Assembly (NCBI GenBank): GCA_963781885.1
Contig: CAWAHW010000004.1
Coordinates: 64,001-128,000, forward strand
Direction of reading: 5' to 3'
Source of the DNA: an uncultured Spirochaetota bacterium
Lineage (GTDB): Bacteria; Spirochaetota; Spirochaetia; SZUA-6; Fen-1364
Length of the DNA stretch: 64,000 nt
In this document: one piece after another, positions 47,993 to 56,775 of the stretch
Layout of the letters: each line of letters begins with the position of its first letter
How positions within the stretch are numbered: the first letter of the stretch is position 1
Notes under the pieces: generated by a model
Told to the model about the DNA's origin: nothing
The model's input: only the letters and a program-made list of their open reading frames with translations
The model's database searches: none
Made by a program: the position numbers and the translations under genes

Positions 47993-48081
47993 CCGGATCT
48001 CGATCTCCAGGGGTGGGACGGGCACGTCGTGCCCGCCCCCACCTCGCCACCGTGATGTCCTGGGTCCGCGCGGAGTGAGAT

Positions 48082-48990
48082 ATGGCGATTCGTCTCTTCA
48101 ATCCGCTGACAATGGATGAGCCGCGGAAGCTCGGGATCACGCTGGTGCTGCCGTCGCTCGTCATCGTCTTCGGTTTTCTGATATTCCCCTTTCTCTATTC
48201 CCTCGTCCTGAGCCTCATGAACTACGATCTTGCCCGGCCCCAGGGCAACGGCTTCATCGGCCTGGGGAACTACGTCCGCCTGACGCAGGATCCGTACTTC
48301 TTGAACTCCGTGGTCGTTACGCTCGTGTTCAGCTTCTCCTCCGTGATCCTCGAGATCATCCTGGGCGTCGCGATCGCCCTGGTGATGAACCAGAACTTCA
48401 AGGGCCGGGGCGTTCTGCGCGCGCTCATCATCATCCCCTGGGCGCTCCCCTCGATCGTGAACGCCTCCATGTGGAGCTGGATCCTCAATGCGAACTACGG
48501 CGCCCTCAACGCCTTGCTCTCGCAGCTGGGGATCCTGCACGCCTACAGGCCGTGGATCGCCGACCCCTCATGGGCCATGGTGCTGATCATCCTGACCAAT
48601 GTCTGGAAGGAGACCCCATTCACCGTCATCATGGTCCTTGCAGCCCTGCAGGGAATCCCTCTGCATCTGCGCGAGGCAGCAGTCATGGATGGCGCGGGGG
48701 CGGTGCGGAGATTCATTCATGTCGTCCTGCCCATGATCGCGCAGATCGTCATGATCTGCGCTCTTCTGCAGGTGGTATGGAGCCTGCTGCATACCTTCGA
48801 GCTGGTGTACGTCATCACGCGTGGCGGGCCGTTCAACTCCACCGACATCATCCCGATGAGGATCTACTGGCAGACATTCAAGGGGTTGCGCTTCGGGTAC
48901 GGTGCCGCGATGGCATACCTGGCGGCCATTGCGCTTCTGATACCCGCCGTCTTCTACATACGGTCCGCGTACAAGACCACGGTCGAATGA
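48082..48990 (+). CDS. Carbohydrate ABC permease
   Basis: FIGLGNY, IIPWALP, WKETPF, EAAVMDGA, TRGGP. Confidence 0.92.
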   Translation: MAIRLFNPLTMDEPRKLGITLVLPSLVIVFGFLIFPFLYSLVLSLMNYDLARPQGNGFIGLGNYVRLTQDPYFLNSVVVTLVFSFSSVILEIILGVAIALVMNQNFKGRGVLRALIIIPWALPSIVNASMWSWILNANYGALNALLSQLGILHAYRPWIADPSWAMVLIILTNVWKETPFTVIMVLAALQGIPLHLREAAVMDGAGAVRRFIHVVLPMIAQIVMICALLQVVWSLLHTFELVYVITRGGPFNSTDIIPMRIYWQTFKGLRFGYGAAMAYLAAIALLIPAVFYIRSAYKTTVE

Positions 48991-49003
48991 AAAGGGGAGA
49001 CCG

Positions 49004-49867
49004 ATGAGGTTCGTGTTCAAACGCTTCGCCTTTCGCGTCTTCCTCTACGTCGCGGCGCTTTTCATTGCCGTGTGGGTCCTGGCGCCGTATGCGTGGCTCA
49101 TCATCTCATCGCTCTCCACCAAGATCGACCTTCTGAACGTGCCGTTGAAGTGGATCCCCTCCCGGCCGACCCTGGAGAACTATCGGGGCCTCTTCTCTGA
49201 CGGGCAGAGCGCGCTGAGCCAGGGGATGAGCTTCTTCTCCCGGTCGATGCTGAACTCCCTCATCGTGACATTCTCTTCCATGGGGATCTGCATGTTTTTC
49301 GGCGTGTTTACCGCCTACGCCGTGGCACGCCTCACCTTCCCGGGAAGGAAGTTCTACCTCATGCTGCTCATGGGCAGCTACATGATGCCGCCCATCGCCA
49401 TCGTGATCCCCGGATACATCATCCTCAAAAGCCTGCACCTTCTGGATTCAAGGATCGGATTGGCGCTCGTCGATATCACCTTCATCCTGCCGCTCGTGGT
49501 CTGGATCATGCGCGGCTTCTTCCTGAGCATCCCGCTCGAGCTCGAGGAGGCGGCGCGAATCGACGGCTCTTCGCGTCTCGGGGCGCTGCTCCGTATCATC
49601 CTGCCGCTCTCCGTTCCGGGGCTCGTGAGCGCCGGTGTCTTCTGCTTCATCGCCTCCTGGAATGAGTACTTCTACGCTTTCCTCTACACCTCCATGCGCG
49701 CCCGGACATTGCCCGTCCTGATCGGGGAGTTTACGACGAAGGTCGGCACCGACTATTTGAAAATGGCGGCAGCCGGTGTCGTCGCAAGCGCTCCCCCCGT
49801 TCTCCTTGCCCTGATCTTTCAACGCTTCCTGATTCGAGGCCTTACCGAGGGCGCCGTGAAGGGGTGA
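49004..49867 (+). CDS. Carbohydrate ABC permease
   Basis: TLENY, EEAARIDGSS, ASWNEY, GLTEGAVKG. Confidence 0.92.
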   Translation: MRFVFKRFAFRVFLYVAALFIAVWVLAPYAWLIISSLSTKIDLLNVPLKWIPSRPTLENYRGLFSDGQSALSQGMSFFSRSMLNSLIVTFSSMGICMFFGVFTAYAVARLTFPGRKFYLMLLMGSYMMPPIAIVIPGYIILKSLHLLDSRIGLALVDITFILPLVVWIMRGFFLSIPLELEEAARIDGSSRLGALLRIILPLSVPGLVSAGVFCFIASWNEYFYAFLYTSMRARTLPVLIGEFTTKVGTDYLKMAAAGVVASAPPVLLALIFQRFLIRGLTEGAVKG

Positions 49868-49935
49868 TCGGCGGGGAGCGACATCCTCCATATGGCGGCG
49901 GGGCAGGCGTTCAAAATGCGTATATTCTTGCGGTC

Positions 49936-50445
49936 ATGGGAATGAGGGCAAACAGGGCGCTGTCCGTCGTCATCACCCTTCTTTCTGCGGCGATATGCCG
50001 GGGAGAAGAGGCGGCCAAGCCCGTGAAGGCTCTTCTGCCGGTCGACGGGAAGCTCACCTACCTCGAACGGGCCGATTTCCGCCGCAATGAAAGCGGCAGA
50101 TTCGTCGGGTTTCCGTCAACAATATCCATTTCGCCGCGGAGCAGGCTGTCTTCCTGCCGGATGAGCCGCCGCGCCTGGAGGCCCTGGCAGCCGCGCTGAA
50201 ACTGATCGACGGCAGGAGCTTTCTCGTGGTCGGCCATACGGCCGATGTCGGCACGCAGGAGAGTTAGTACACCCTTTCCGTGCAGAGGGCCAAGGCGGTC
50301 GTGGATTTTCATGGCATCGCAAGGGATCAGTGCCGGGCGCTTCCTCTACGAGGGACGCGGCGGTACCGAGCCTGTCGCTCCGAGCGACACCGAGGAGAAC
50401 ATGGCCCGGAACAGACGCGTGGAGATCTTCATTCTCGACCAGTAG
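49936..50445 (+). pseudogene. Degenerate spirochete-type OmpA-family gene
   Basis: Signal peptide and short N-terminus fused out of frame at about 50113 to NNIHF..VVGHTADVG..LSVQRAKAV..GRGGTEP..RNRRVEI. In-frame TAG at 50265 and a frameshift at about 50308. Confidence 0.75.
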
Positions 50446-50484
50446 GGGAATGGCGCGCCGGCGCTCGATAGCGGCGCCGAACTT

Positions 50485-51144
50485 TCAGGACCTGTGTGCG
50501 TCTTCCAGGCCGGCCAGCGCCCTCTGGTAGGCCGGAGAAAGCTCCTGCCGTCCCGTCATGCTCACATTCAGGTCCCGCAGAAGGCCGTCGCTCAATCCGT
50601 AGATCCACCCATGGACGGCCAGGCCCTGGCCGCGCTCCCAGGCCTGCTGGACGATCGTGGTCTGCGCGACATTGATCGCCTGCTCGATCACGTTCAGCTC
50701 GCACAAGCGACGGATCCGGGCTTCGGTGTCCGGGAGCGCTGCCAGAACGGCCTGGTGCTTCTGCATGACGTCCTGCGCGTGCCGGAGCCAGTTGTCGATC
50801 AGCCCGAGCGTGCGGTTGTCGTGGGCCGCGGTCACGCCTCCACATCCGTAGTGGCCGCAGACGATGACGTGCTCCACCTGCAGCACGTCCACGGCGTACT
50901 GGATGACCGAAAGGCAGTTCAGGTCCGTATGCCCGACGATATTGGCGACATTGCGATGGACGAACAGCTCACCCGATTGAAGCCCGACGATCTCGTTGGC
51001 CGGGACCCGGCTGTCCGAGCAGCCGATCCAGAGGTAGCGCGGTTTCTGCTGCCGGGAAAGTGACGTGAAAAACGCCGGGTCACGCGCCGTGATCCGGGCA
51101 GCCCAGTCCCTGTTGTTGTGAATGAGACGATCGATCGTGCTCAC
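50485..51144 (-). CDS. can: Beta-class carbonic anhydrase
   Basis: WIGCSDSRVPA, FVHRNVAN, CGHYGCGG, LCELNV, HGWIY. Confidence 0.95.
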   Translation of the reverse strand: MSTIDRLIHNNRDWAARITARDPAFFTSLSRQQKPRYLWIGCSDSRVPANEIVGLQSGELFVHRNVANIVGHTDLNCLSVIQYAVDVLQVEHVIVCGHYGCGGVTAAHDNRTLGLIDNWLRHAQDVMQKHQAVLAALPDTEARIRRLCELNVIEQAINVAQTTIVQQAWERGQGLAVHGWIYGLSDGLLRDLNVSMTGRQELSPAYQRALAGLEDAHRS

Positions 51145-51251
51145 GGTCCCCTCCCGCTCATCGCTTCACCAATATAGGTGTGCGCCTTGCCGGCCGGCAA
51201 AAGGAATGGGGGATGACGTGCCACACAGGAAAACCTCGATCGGGCGGGAGC

Positions 51252-52460
51252 TCAATTCTCAAGGATCGTGATTTCGACCCTTCGATTCTTCCGCATGCCT
51301 TCCTCCGTGGAGTTGTCCCCGATCGGCGAGCTCGCTCCCATGCCGCGCGCCGTCAGCCGTTCCGCGGTGACCGCACCCGTGGACAGGAGCACATCCGCCG
51401 CCGCTTTTGCCCGTTGCTCGGACAATGCCTGGTAGTCCTTTTCGGTGTATCCCGGTGCGAGGGCCGTGAACCCGGCGACGGAGATGTCCCGGTCGGGGTA
51501 ATTCTTGAGTATGTCGGCAATACGACGCAGCTTGTCCTGCTCGGCGGGGAGGAGCTGGTCGGAGTTCGGGGGAAAGTTCACATTTTCCAGCGTGATGGTC
51601 ACGCCCTGGTCCGTCGGCTGCACGTTCACATCCGGAATCGCCTGTGCGTCGAGCTGCTTCTGGATATCGCCCGCCACCTGGGCGCGATCCAGGGGTGCCG
51701 CGTCGACGAGGTCGCTGTGGGAGTCGCCCTTGAACTCAACATCGTCGCCGGTGTTGAAAGAGAAGAGGAAATCGAATGACTCCTCGTAGGCAACCGGCTT
51801 TCGTTCCGTGAGACTCCACCAGCATTTCTGGTGGGAATAACCGGCGACCCTTGTGGGGTGCATGCGCGCGGTGCCGGGGGAGGAGGTCACCGGGTGGAAG
51901 ACCTCGTAGTCGATTGTCAGCAGCGCGGTGGGGATCCCGTTCCTGGTCACATTGCTCACGTAGGTGTACGTGACCGAAATGGGGAACTGGAATGGATCCG
52001 GAATTCCGAAGCTCGCGCGGAAATCGTGCAACTCGGTCGCGGGGGCGGTCCATGTCCCGCCGACAGGAACGTCTCCGTCGGGGAAAGAGGGCACATTGCG
52101 CACCACCGGCATGAAATAGGAAGGATCGATCGTATAGGCGCCGTGGCCGTCCCGCCAATATTCGGAGGAGTAGTGCTCTGACCACTCGTACGTATTGGTC
52201 GATCCGAACGCTCTCTCCGACGTCTGGAAGTCGACAACGTTGTATCCCGCGTCGCCGCGGGTATCGGTCACATCAACGGCGATCTTGTCCAGGATATCGA
52301 CATCGTGGCCGAACCGGCCGTTGACGTACACCGATTCGTGCACCTGGGAGAGAATCCTGTACTTCTCCCCCTTCGTGTATGCGAAGCGAAATACGTCCGC
52401 CGGAAGCCAAGGAGCGGCAATCAGGAGTGCCGCAGCAACAAGAAGAAGCCGTTTCGCCAT
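51252..52460 (-). CDS. OmpA-family protein (spirochete TpN50/TP0292-like)
   Basis: Signal peptide, YFMPVVRNVP.FP, C-terminal LENVNF..LSEQRAKA..GMRKNRRVEITILEN. Confidence 0.88.
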   Translation of the reverse strand: MAKRLLLVAAALLIAAPWLPADVFRFAYTKGEKYRILSQVHESVYVNGRFGHDVDILDKIAVDVTDTRGDAGYNVVDFQTSERAFGSTNTYEWSEHYSSEYWRDGHGAYTIDPSYFMPVVRNVPSFPDGDVPVGGTWTAPATELHDFRASFGIPDPFQFPISVTYTYVSNVTRNGIPTALLTIDYEVFHPVTSSPGTARMHPTRVAGYSHQKCWWSLTERKPVAYEESFDFLFSFNTGDDVEFKGDSHSDLVDAAPLDRAQVAGDIQKQLDAQAIPDVNVQPTDQGVTITLENVNFPPNSDQLLPAEQDKLRRIADILKNYPDRDISVAGFTALAPGYTEKDYQALSEQRAKAAADVLLSTGAVTAERLTARGMGASSPIGDNSTEEGMRKNRRVEITILEN

Positions 52461-52567
52461 GATGCCCTTTTTCATTGTCGGAAGGTCGCCCTCCAAAATC
52501 GCACCCCTGTGGACGGCCGGCCCCCCCGACATTGGAAGAGATCGCCCCGGGCTGGTATCTTCTGGTT

Positions 52568-53260
52568 GTGGTCCCCGTCATCGACATCAATCCAGCGCAC
52601 ACGGGTGCACGCCCGGGCCAGCCCGGCGCCGTGGTGATATATGTCGTTGACGACGAGCCCCTTGCCCTGGATGGCCTGTGCAGGCTGCTCAGGTCAGTGG
52701 GCCACGACGTGCGCGCCTACAATTCCCCCGAGTCATTTCTGCAAGAGGCCGCTGCCGGCATGGCGGGATGTCTTCTCCTGGACGTGCAGATGCCGGGGCT
52801 CAACGGGCTGGATCTCCAGGAGCGGCTGACGGCGGCAGGCTGCCTTCTCCCCATCATCTTCCTGACGGGGCACGCGGACATTCCCATGAGCGTGCGCGCC
52901 ATGAAGGCGGGAGCCGTGGACTTTCTCATCAAGCCCGTGCAGGAAAAACCGCTGTTCGAGGCGCTGCAACGGGCATTCGAAAAGGACGCGCGCGAGCGCC
53001 GCCAGCGGCAGGAGCTTGCGGAAATCGAGCGCCGGGCAGAGACGCTCACGCCGCGCGAGCTCGAGGTATTCTCCCTCGTGATTACCGGTATGCTCAACAA
53101 GCAGATCGCGGATCGCCTTGCGACGACTGAGAAGACAATCAAGGTCCACCGCGGACGGGTCATGGCAAAGATGAACGCCCCATCGCTTGCCGATCTCGTC
53201 CGCATGGCAGGCCGGCTCGGCCTGCCGGCACATCGTCCCGACTCCCCCGCATCGACCTGA
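52568..53260 (+). CDS. FixJ/NodW family response regulator (REC + LuxR HTH)
   Basis: VVDDE, LLDVQMPG, FLTGHAD, FLIKP, LTPRE..NKQIA..TIKVHRGRVM. Start uncertain. Confidence 0.9.
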   Translation: MVPVIDINPAHTGARPGQPGAVVIYVVDDEPLALDGLCRLLRSVGHDVRAYNSPESFLQEAAAGMAGCLLLDVQMPGLNGLDLQERLTAAGCLLPIIFLTGHADIPMSVRAMKAGAVDFLIKPVQEKPLFEALQRAFEKDARERRQRQELAEIERRAETLTPRELEVFSLVITGMLNKQIADRLATTEKTIKVHRGRVMAKMNAPSLADLVRMAGRLGLPAHRPDSPAST

Positions 53261-53266
53261 CCGGGC

Positions 53267-53284
53267 ATTGGACCAAGGTCCAAT
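53267..53284. promoter_or_regulatory. Palindromic candidate binding site
   Basis: ATTGGACC-AA-GGTCCAAT, a perfect 8-2-8 inverted repeat right after the regulator stop, with no U-tract. Confidence 0.55.
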
Positions 53285-53347
53285 AGCTCGGAGGGTTCAA
53301 ACCGACCATACTTGGCTCCACGGTTCGCATCGCGGGAGGAAAATTCC

Positions 53348-54970
53348 ATGAAAAATCTCCGGCCGGTCGCGTGCGCGTGCGCCTTGACGGCTCTCGCGCT
53401 TTTGTCATCATGCACGGCTCCCGGCAGTCCAACGCCCGGCGCAACAACGGGCGGCATCGCGGGCAGGGCAGTGTACGCGAACGGGACGAGCTCTGCCGGG
53501 TACCTCATCAGCGTCGAGAAGCTGCAGGCCGCCGAAACCGCCACCGTGCGGGCGTCCCTCGCGGCGCATGCAGTCGTCCCGCGGCAGGTGACCCTTTCAA
53601 CGACCACGGCCGCGGACGGCACCTACGCACTCTCCGATCTCGACCAGGGCTCCTATACGCTCTATGCGAGCAGCGCGACCAGCACGGAGAAGGCAGTCGA
53701 GACGAATGTCGAGGTGGCGGCGGGAAAAACGGTCACCGCGGCCGACCTTGCGCTCACGGAGACGGGAGGGATTTCCGGCACGGTCCTGGTGAGCGCTTCA
53801 GAGACCGACAATGCCGGCACGATGGTGTTTGCCGCCGGCACGTCGTACATCGGCATGACCGATGCCGCCGGCTCATTTTCCATTGCCGGTATCCCCGTCG
53901 GGACGACATGCAGCCTGATGATCGTGCATGACACGTATACGCACGCCGCGGTCACCGTGACCGTGCAGGACTCGTCGGTGAAGGACATCGGGAGGATCGA
54001 CGCGACGCTCGACTATCCCTGGTCGTCGGGTCATGGGGCGCCGTCCGCCTCCATCGGCGCACCGGGAAACCTGTACGTGAATGTCGGCGAGGGCACCATA
54101 TTTCGCAAGGCCGGCACGGCATGGCAGCCGGTGACGCTCCTTTCCGGCAGCATGGGCACACCGGTGAGCTGGCTCGGTGTGTGTCCGCGTCGTCCGGTCG
54201 ATCCGCCGCTGAACGGAACCTATTACGACAGCTCCATCGGCATCGTGTACGCCTGGGACGGCGGTGCATGGAGGGTCGTCTGGAAAGACGCGCCGCCGGC
54301 AACGATCCTCCTGCATCGGGAGCTGCTCGCTTCCACCTATGCCGACTTCAACCTCGTCGGGCTGGGGTGGGACTGGGGAGACAGCGGGCTCGTCCAGTAT
54401 GCTCCGGACAACGGGCCGGGGGTTGCAGCGCCCCAATTCGGATCCAGCTCCTATTTCTCCAATGTCCAGGGCAGCCTCAACGGTCACGACGGGCCGCGGT
54501 ATTATACGGCGCTGCGCATCCGCCCGCAGACGGTCCTCGGCCTGGACCATGTGACACTCGGGCAGCTTGCCTCCATTTCCTATTACACCCGGCAGCAGAA
54601 CGCGGCAAAACCGGGGGCGTGGCAACTGAAGATCTATACGGAGCCTCCGTCGGGAGGCACGGCGTGGTACGGCCACAGGTTGAATGCCGTCACCCCGTCC
54701 TATGCGGATATCGCGTGGCACCTCAACACGACCGATTCGATGAGCTTCGAGCAGGTGCTCGCCGGCGAGAGCACGACGGGTGATTCAAGTCTTGTCGGAA
54801 AGTCGCTGTCCTATATCCAGGGCATTCCGTCGTACACGAGCGAGCCGATTCTCTGGATCGACATCATCGCGGGCTTCGCGACCGCCGGACCCGAGGTGGA
54901 GAGCTATCTCGATGGCGTGACGATAAGACTCGGCAGCGGCGCTTCCATCGTCCTGGACCTGGGCGACTAG
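53348..54970 (+). CDS. Lipoprotein with carboxypeptidase-regulatory-like beta-sandwich repeats and an unknown C-terminal domain
   Basis: SD GGAGG, lipobox LLSSC, two TGGI.G.. repeats with T.ADG.Y/TDAAGSF motifs, GAP..G..GNLY and WLG..P..YY..WDGGAW motifs. Confidence 0.75.
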   Translation: MKNLRPVACACALTALALLSSCTAPGSPTPGATTGGIAGRAVYANGTSSAGYLISVEKLQAAETATVRASLAAHAVVPRQVTLSTTTAADGTYALSDLDQGSYTLYASSATSTEKAVETNVEVAAGKTVTAADLALTETGGISGTVLVSASETDNAGTMVFAAGTSYIGMTDAAGSFSIAGIPVGTTCSLMIVHDTYTHAAVTVTVQDSSVKDIGRIDATLDYPWSSGHGAPSASIGAPGNLYVNVGEGTIFRKAGTAWQPVTLLSGSMGTPVSWLGVCPRRPVDPPLNGTYYDSSIGIVYAWDGGAWRVVWKDAPPATILLHRELLASTYADFNLVGLGWDWGDSGLVQYAPDNGPGVAAPQFGSSSYFSNVQGSLNGHDGPRYYTALRIRPQTVLGLDHVTLGQLASISYYTRQQNAAKPGAWQLKIYTEPPSGGTAWYGHRLNAVTPSYADIAWHLNTTDSMSFEQVLAGESTTGDSSLVGKSLSYIQGIPSYTSEPILWIDIIAGFATAGPEVESYLDGVTIRLGSGASIVLDLGD

Positions 54971-55035
54971 AACGGCGTCCGCCAGGCTCTGCCCGCTGGG
55001 GCCTGGCATTTTTGCAGAGCAAGGAGAGCGCCATC

Positions 55036-56775
55036 GTGGAGATGCACATGCAGGCGGAAGGGCAGAGCGAAACCGACAATTCCGTCACGCTGGGGCTTCT
55101 GCTGCGCAAGGATCGAGACGAGCCCAAGAGGAGCGCCGTGCAGCGGGTGCTCGCCCACCCCCTCACGATAGCGCAGAAGATCGAGGCCATCACGACCATC
55201 GACGAAAAGACCGATGCGGCAGGGGTGCTGCAGGCCGTGCGCGCCGCATCGGCGCAGATCGCGCACAATCACGCGCAGAGGATCGCCCAGGTCATCAAGA
55301 ATGAGATTGCCACGCGCTCGCTCCTGGGCTTCCTGTTCACGGATTTCGCCCGGGTGCAGAAGTTCGGCAGGAGGAAGTATGTGCTGGACGTGCGTCTCCT
55401 GCCCCCGCGGATGCGCGTCGATCCACGGCTGGAGGAGCTGCTCACCACCACGATCCGATCGGTGGGCCGCGACCTCTCGGCCTGCCTGGTGCGCGTCATC
55501 GCGCACGGATGGCTTCACCTCACGCCGAAACAGTACAACCTGCTCGTGCTCCTGAAGCGTCTGGCCGATCGCGTGTCCGATTTCGATTTCACACGCCTGG
55601 ACTTGTCCAGCAGGAAGGCCATCGAGAGGCTCCGGGGAATCGAGTCACTCTTTCTGATGCTGCATTACAACGCCGACACGCTGCAGGTCATATTCGACGC
55701 GCTGCAATTCTTTTCCGAGAAGCAGCACGAGCCCGAGAGCGAGAATACGCGTGTCTTCGGGCTCATTCTCCAGCTCCTCACCGAGGATTGCACGGTTCCT
55801 TCCCTCTCCAACTGCATCCTGGGTCTCAACATGAGAAAGCATCGACGCTACCTCTCGCTGCGGAATCTCATGCGCGCGGACCTGGGCGAGATGGTCCACG
55901 TGGAGTTGTTCGACTTCGATTCCTCCATTCGCGCACGCGTGGAGAAGCGCATCGACGACACGCTGGAGTCCCTGCACGTGCTCCACGACCAGCTCCAGGA
56001 GGCGCGCCTCACCAGCAGCTACCTCGCGGTGGACGCGCAGGGCAGGCCGGACACGGGGGCTCTGAAGGAGCTCTACGAAGCGGGGACGGGCCGCGAATCG
56101 GATGGCTTCGACGAGGGCCAGGAGAATCTCGTCCTCTTTGTCTCGCGTCTCCTGCGGAGCTTCGACAAGGTCTTCTCTTCACTCCTGAACGGGAAGTGCG
56201 TCGTGGAATCGGTGGGGCGCGTCGAGCTTTTCTCCCCGTCGTTTTTCGCGCTGGACTTCACGAAGCTCAGGACCATTGCGGACAGGCTCGATCAGGAGCT
56301 TTTCCGCTACTCCCGCTTCCCGCTTTCGCGTTATCTCCGCATCAAGGAAGGACGGCTCCAGGCAATCGGGACGGAAATGGAGGTGAGCCAGCACATCCAG
56401 CAGGCCGTGGTGTGCCTTGCGGATCTCGGCAGGACGGTCATGAAGATCCTGAGCCTCCGCGTGCCGGCGCCGGCGCATGCGGAGGTGCGCGAGCCGCTTC
56501 AGCCGATCATTCTCCATGGCAAGGCATTCTCCATCGCCCTTGAAAACAGCCGTATCCAGGCAAAGTCGCTGCTCGGCGGTCTGACCGTCGGGCACGCCCT
56601 CCGCCACGCCGTGACGCTCTGCTTTTTGGCGGGCCTGCTCCTGCAAGATGATTTCGTCGCCATGCTACTCACCCGGGAGAAAAGGCTCGAACAGGAGCTG
56701 CGCGGGCGGCTGAAATCGCTCGCCGGCATGCTGGACCCGGTCAGCTACGAAGAGATCGCGTCGATCTACGCATGA
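55036..56775 (+). CDS. Hypothetical cytoplasmic protein, predicted helical
   Basis: About 580-aa open frame after SD AAGGAG, normal codon usage, Leu/Arg/Glu-rich, no recognisable motif. Confidence 0.7.
   Translation: MEMHMQAEGQSETDNSVTLGLLLRKDRDEPKRSAVQRVLAHPLTIAQKIEAITTIDEKTDAAGVLQAVRAASAQIAHNHAQRIAQVIKNEIATRSLLGFLFTDFARVQKFGRRKYVLDVRLLPPRMRVDPRLEELLTTTIRSVGRDLSACLVRVIAHGWLHLTPKQYNLLVLLKRLADRVSDFDFTRLDLSSRKAIERLRGIESLFLMLHYNADTLQVIFDALQFFSEKQHEPESENTRVFGLILQLLTEDCTVPSLSNCILGLNMRKHRRYLSLRNLMRADLGEMVHVELFDFDSSIRARVEKRIDDTLESLHVLHDQLQEARLTSSYLAVDAQGRPDTGALKELYEAGTGRESDGFDEGQENLVLFVSRLLRSFDKVFSSLLNGKCVVESVGRVELFSPSFFALDFTKLRTIADRLDQELFRYSRFPLSRYLRIKEGRLQAIGTEMEVSQHIQQAVVCLADLGRTVMKILSLRVPAPAHAEVREPLQPIILHGKAFSIALENSRIQAKSLLGGLTVGHALRHAVTLCFLAGLLLQDDFVAMLLTREKRLEQELRGRLKSLAGMLDPVSYEEIASIYA

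Noticed and set aside
50265-50267. In-frame TAG as possible pyrrolysine or readthrough
   Set aside because: It occurs with a deletion and a frameshift in the same gene and no pyl genes are present, so a nonsense mutation is the simpler explanation.
55004-55016. TGGCATTTTTGCA as a sigma54 promoter
   Set aside because: The GG-to-GC spacing is 3 bp too short.
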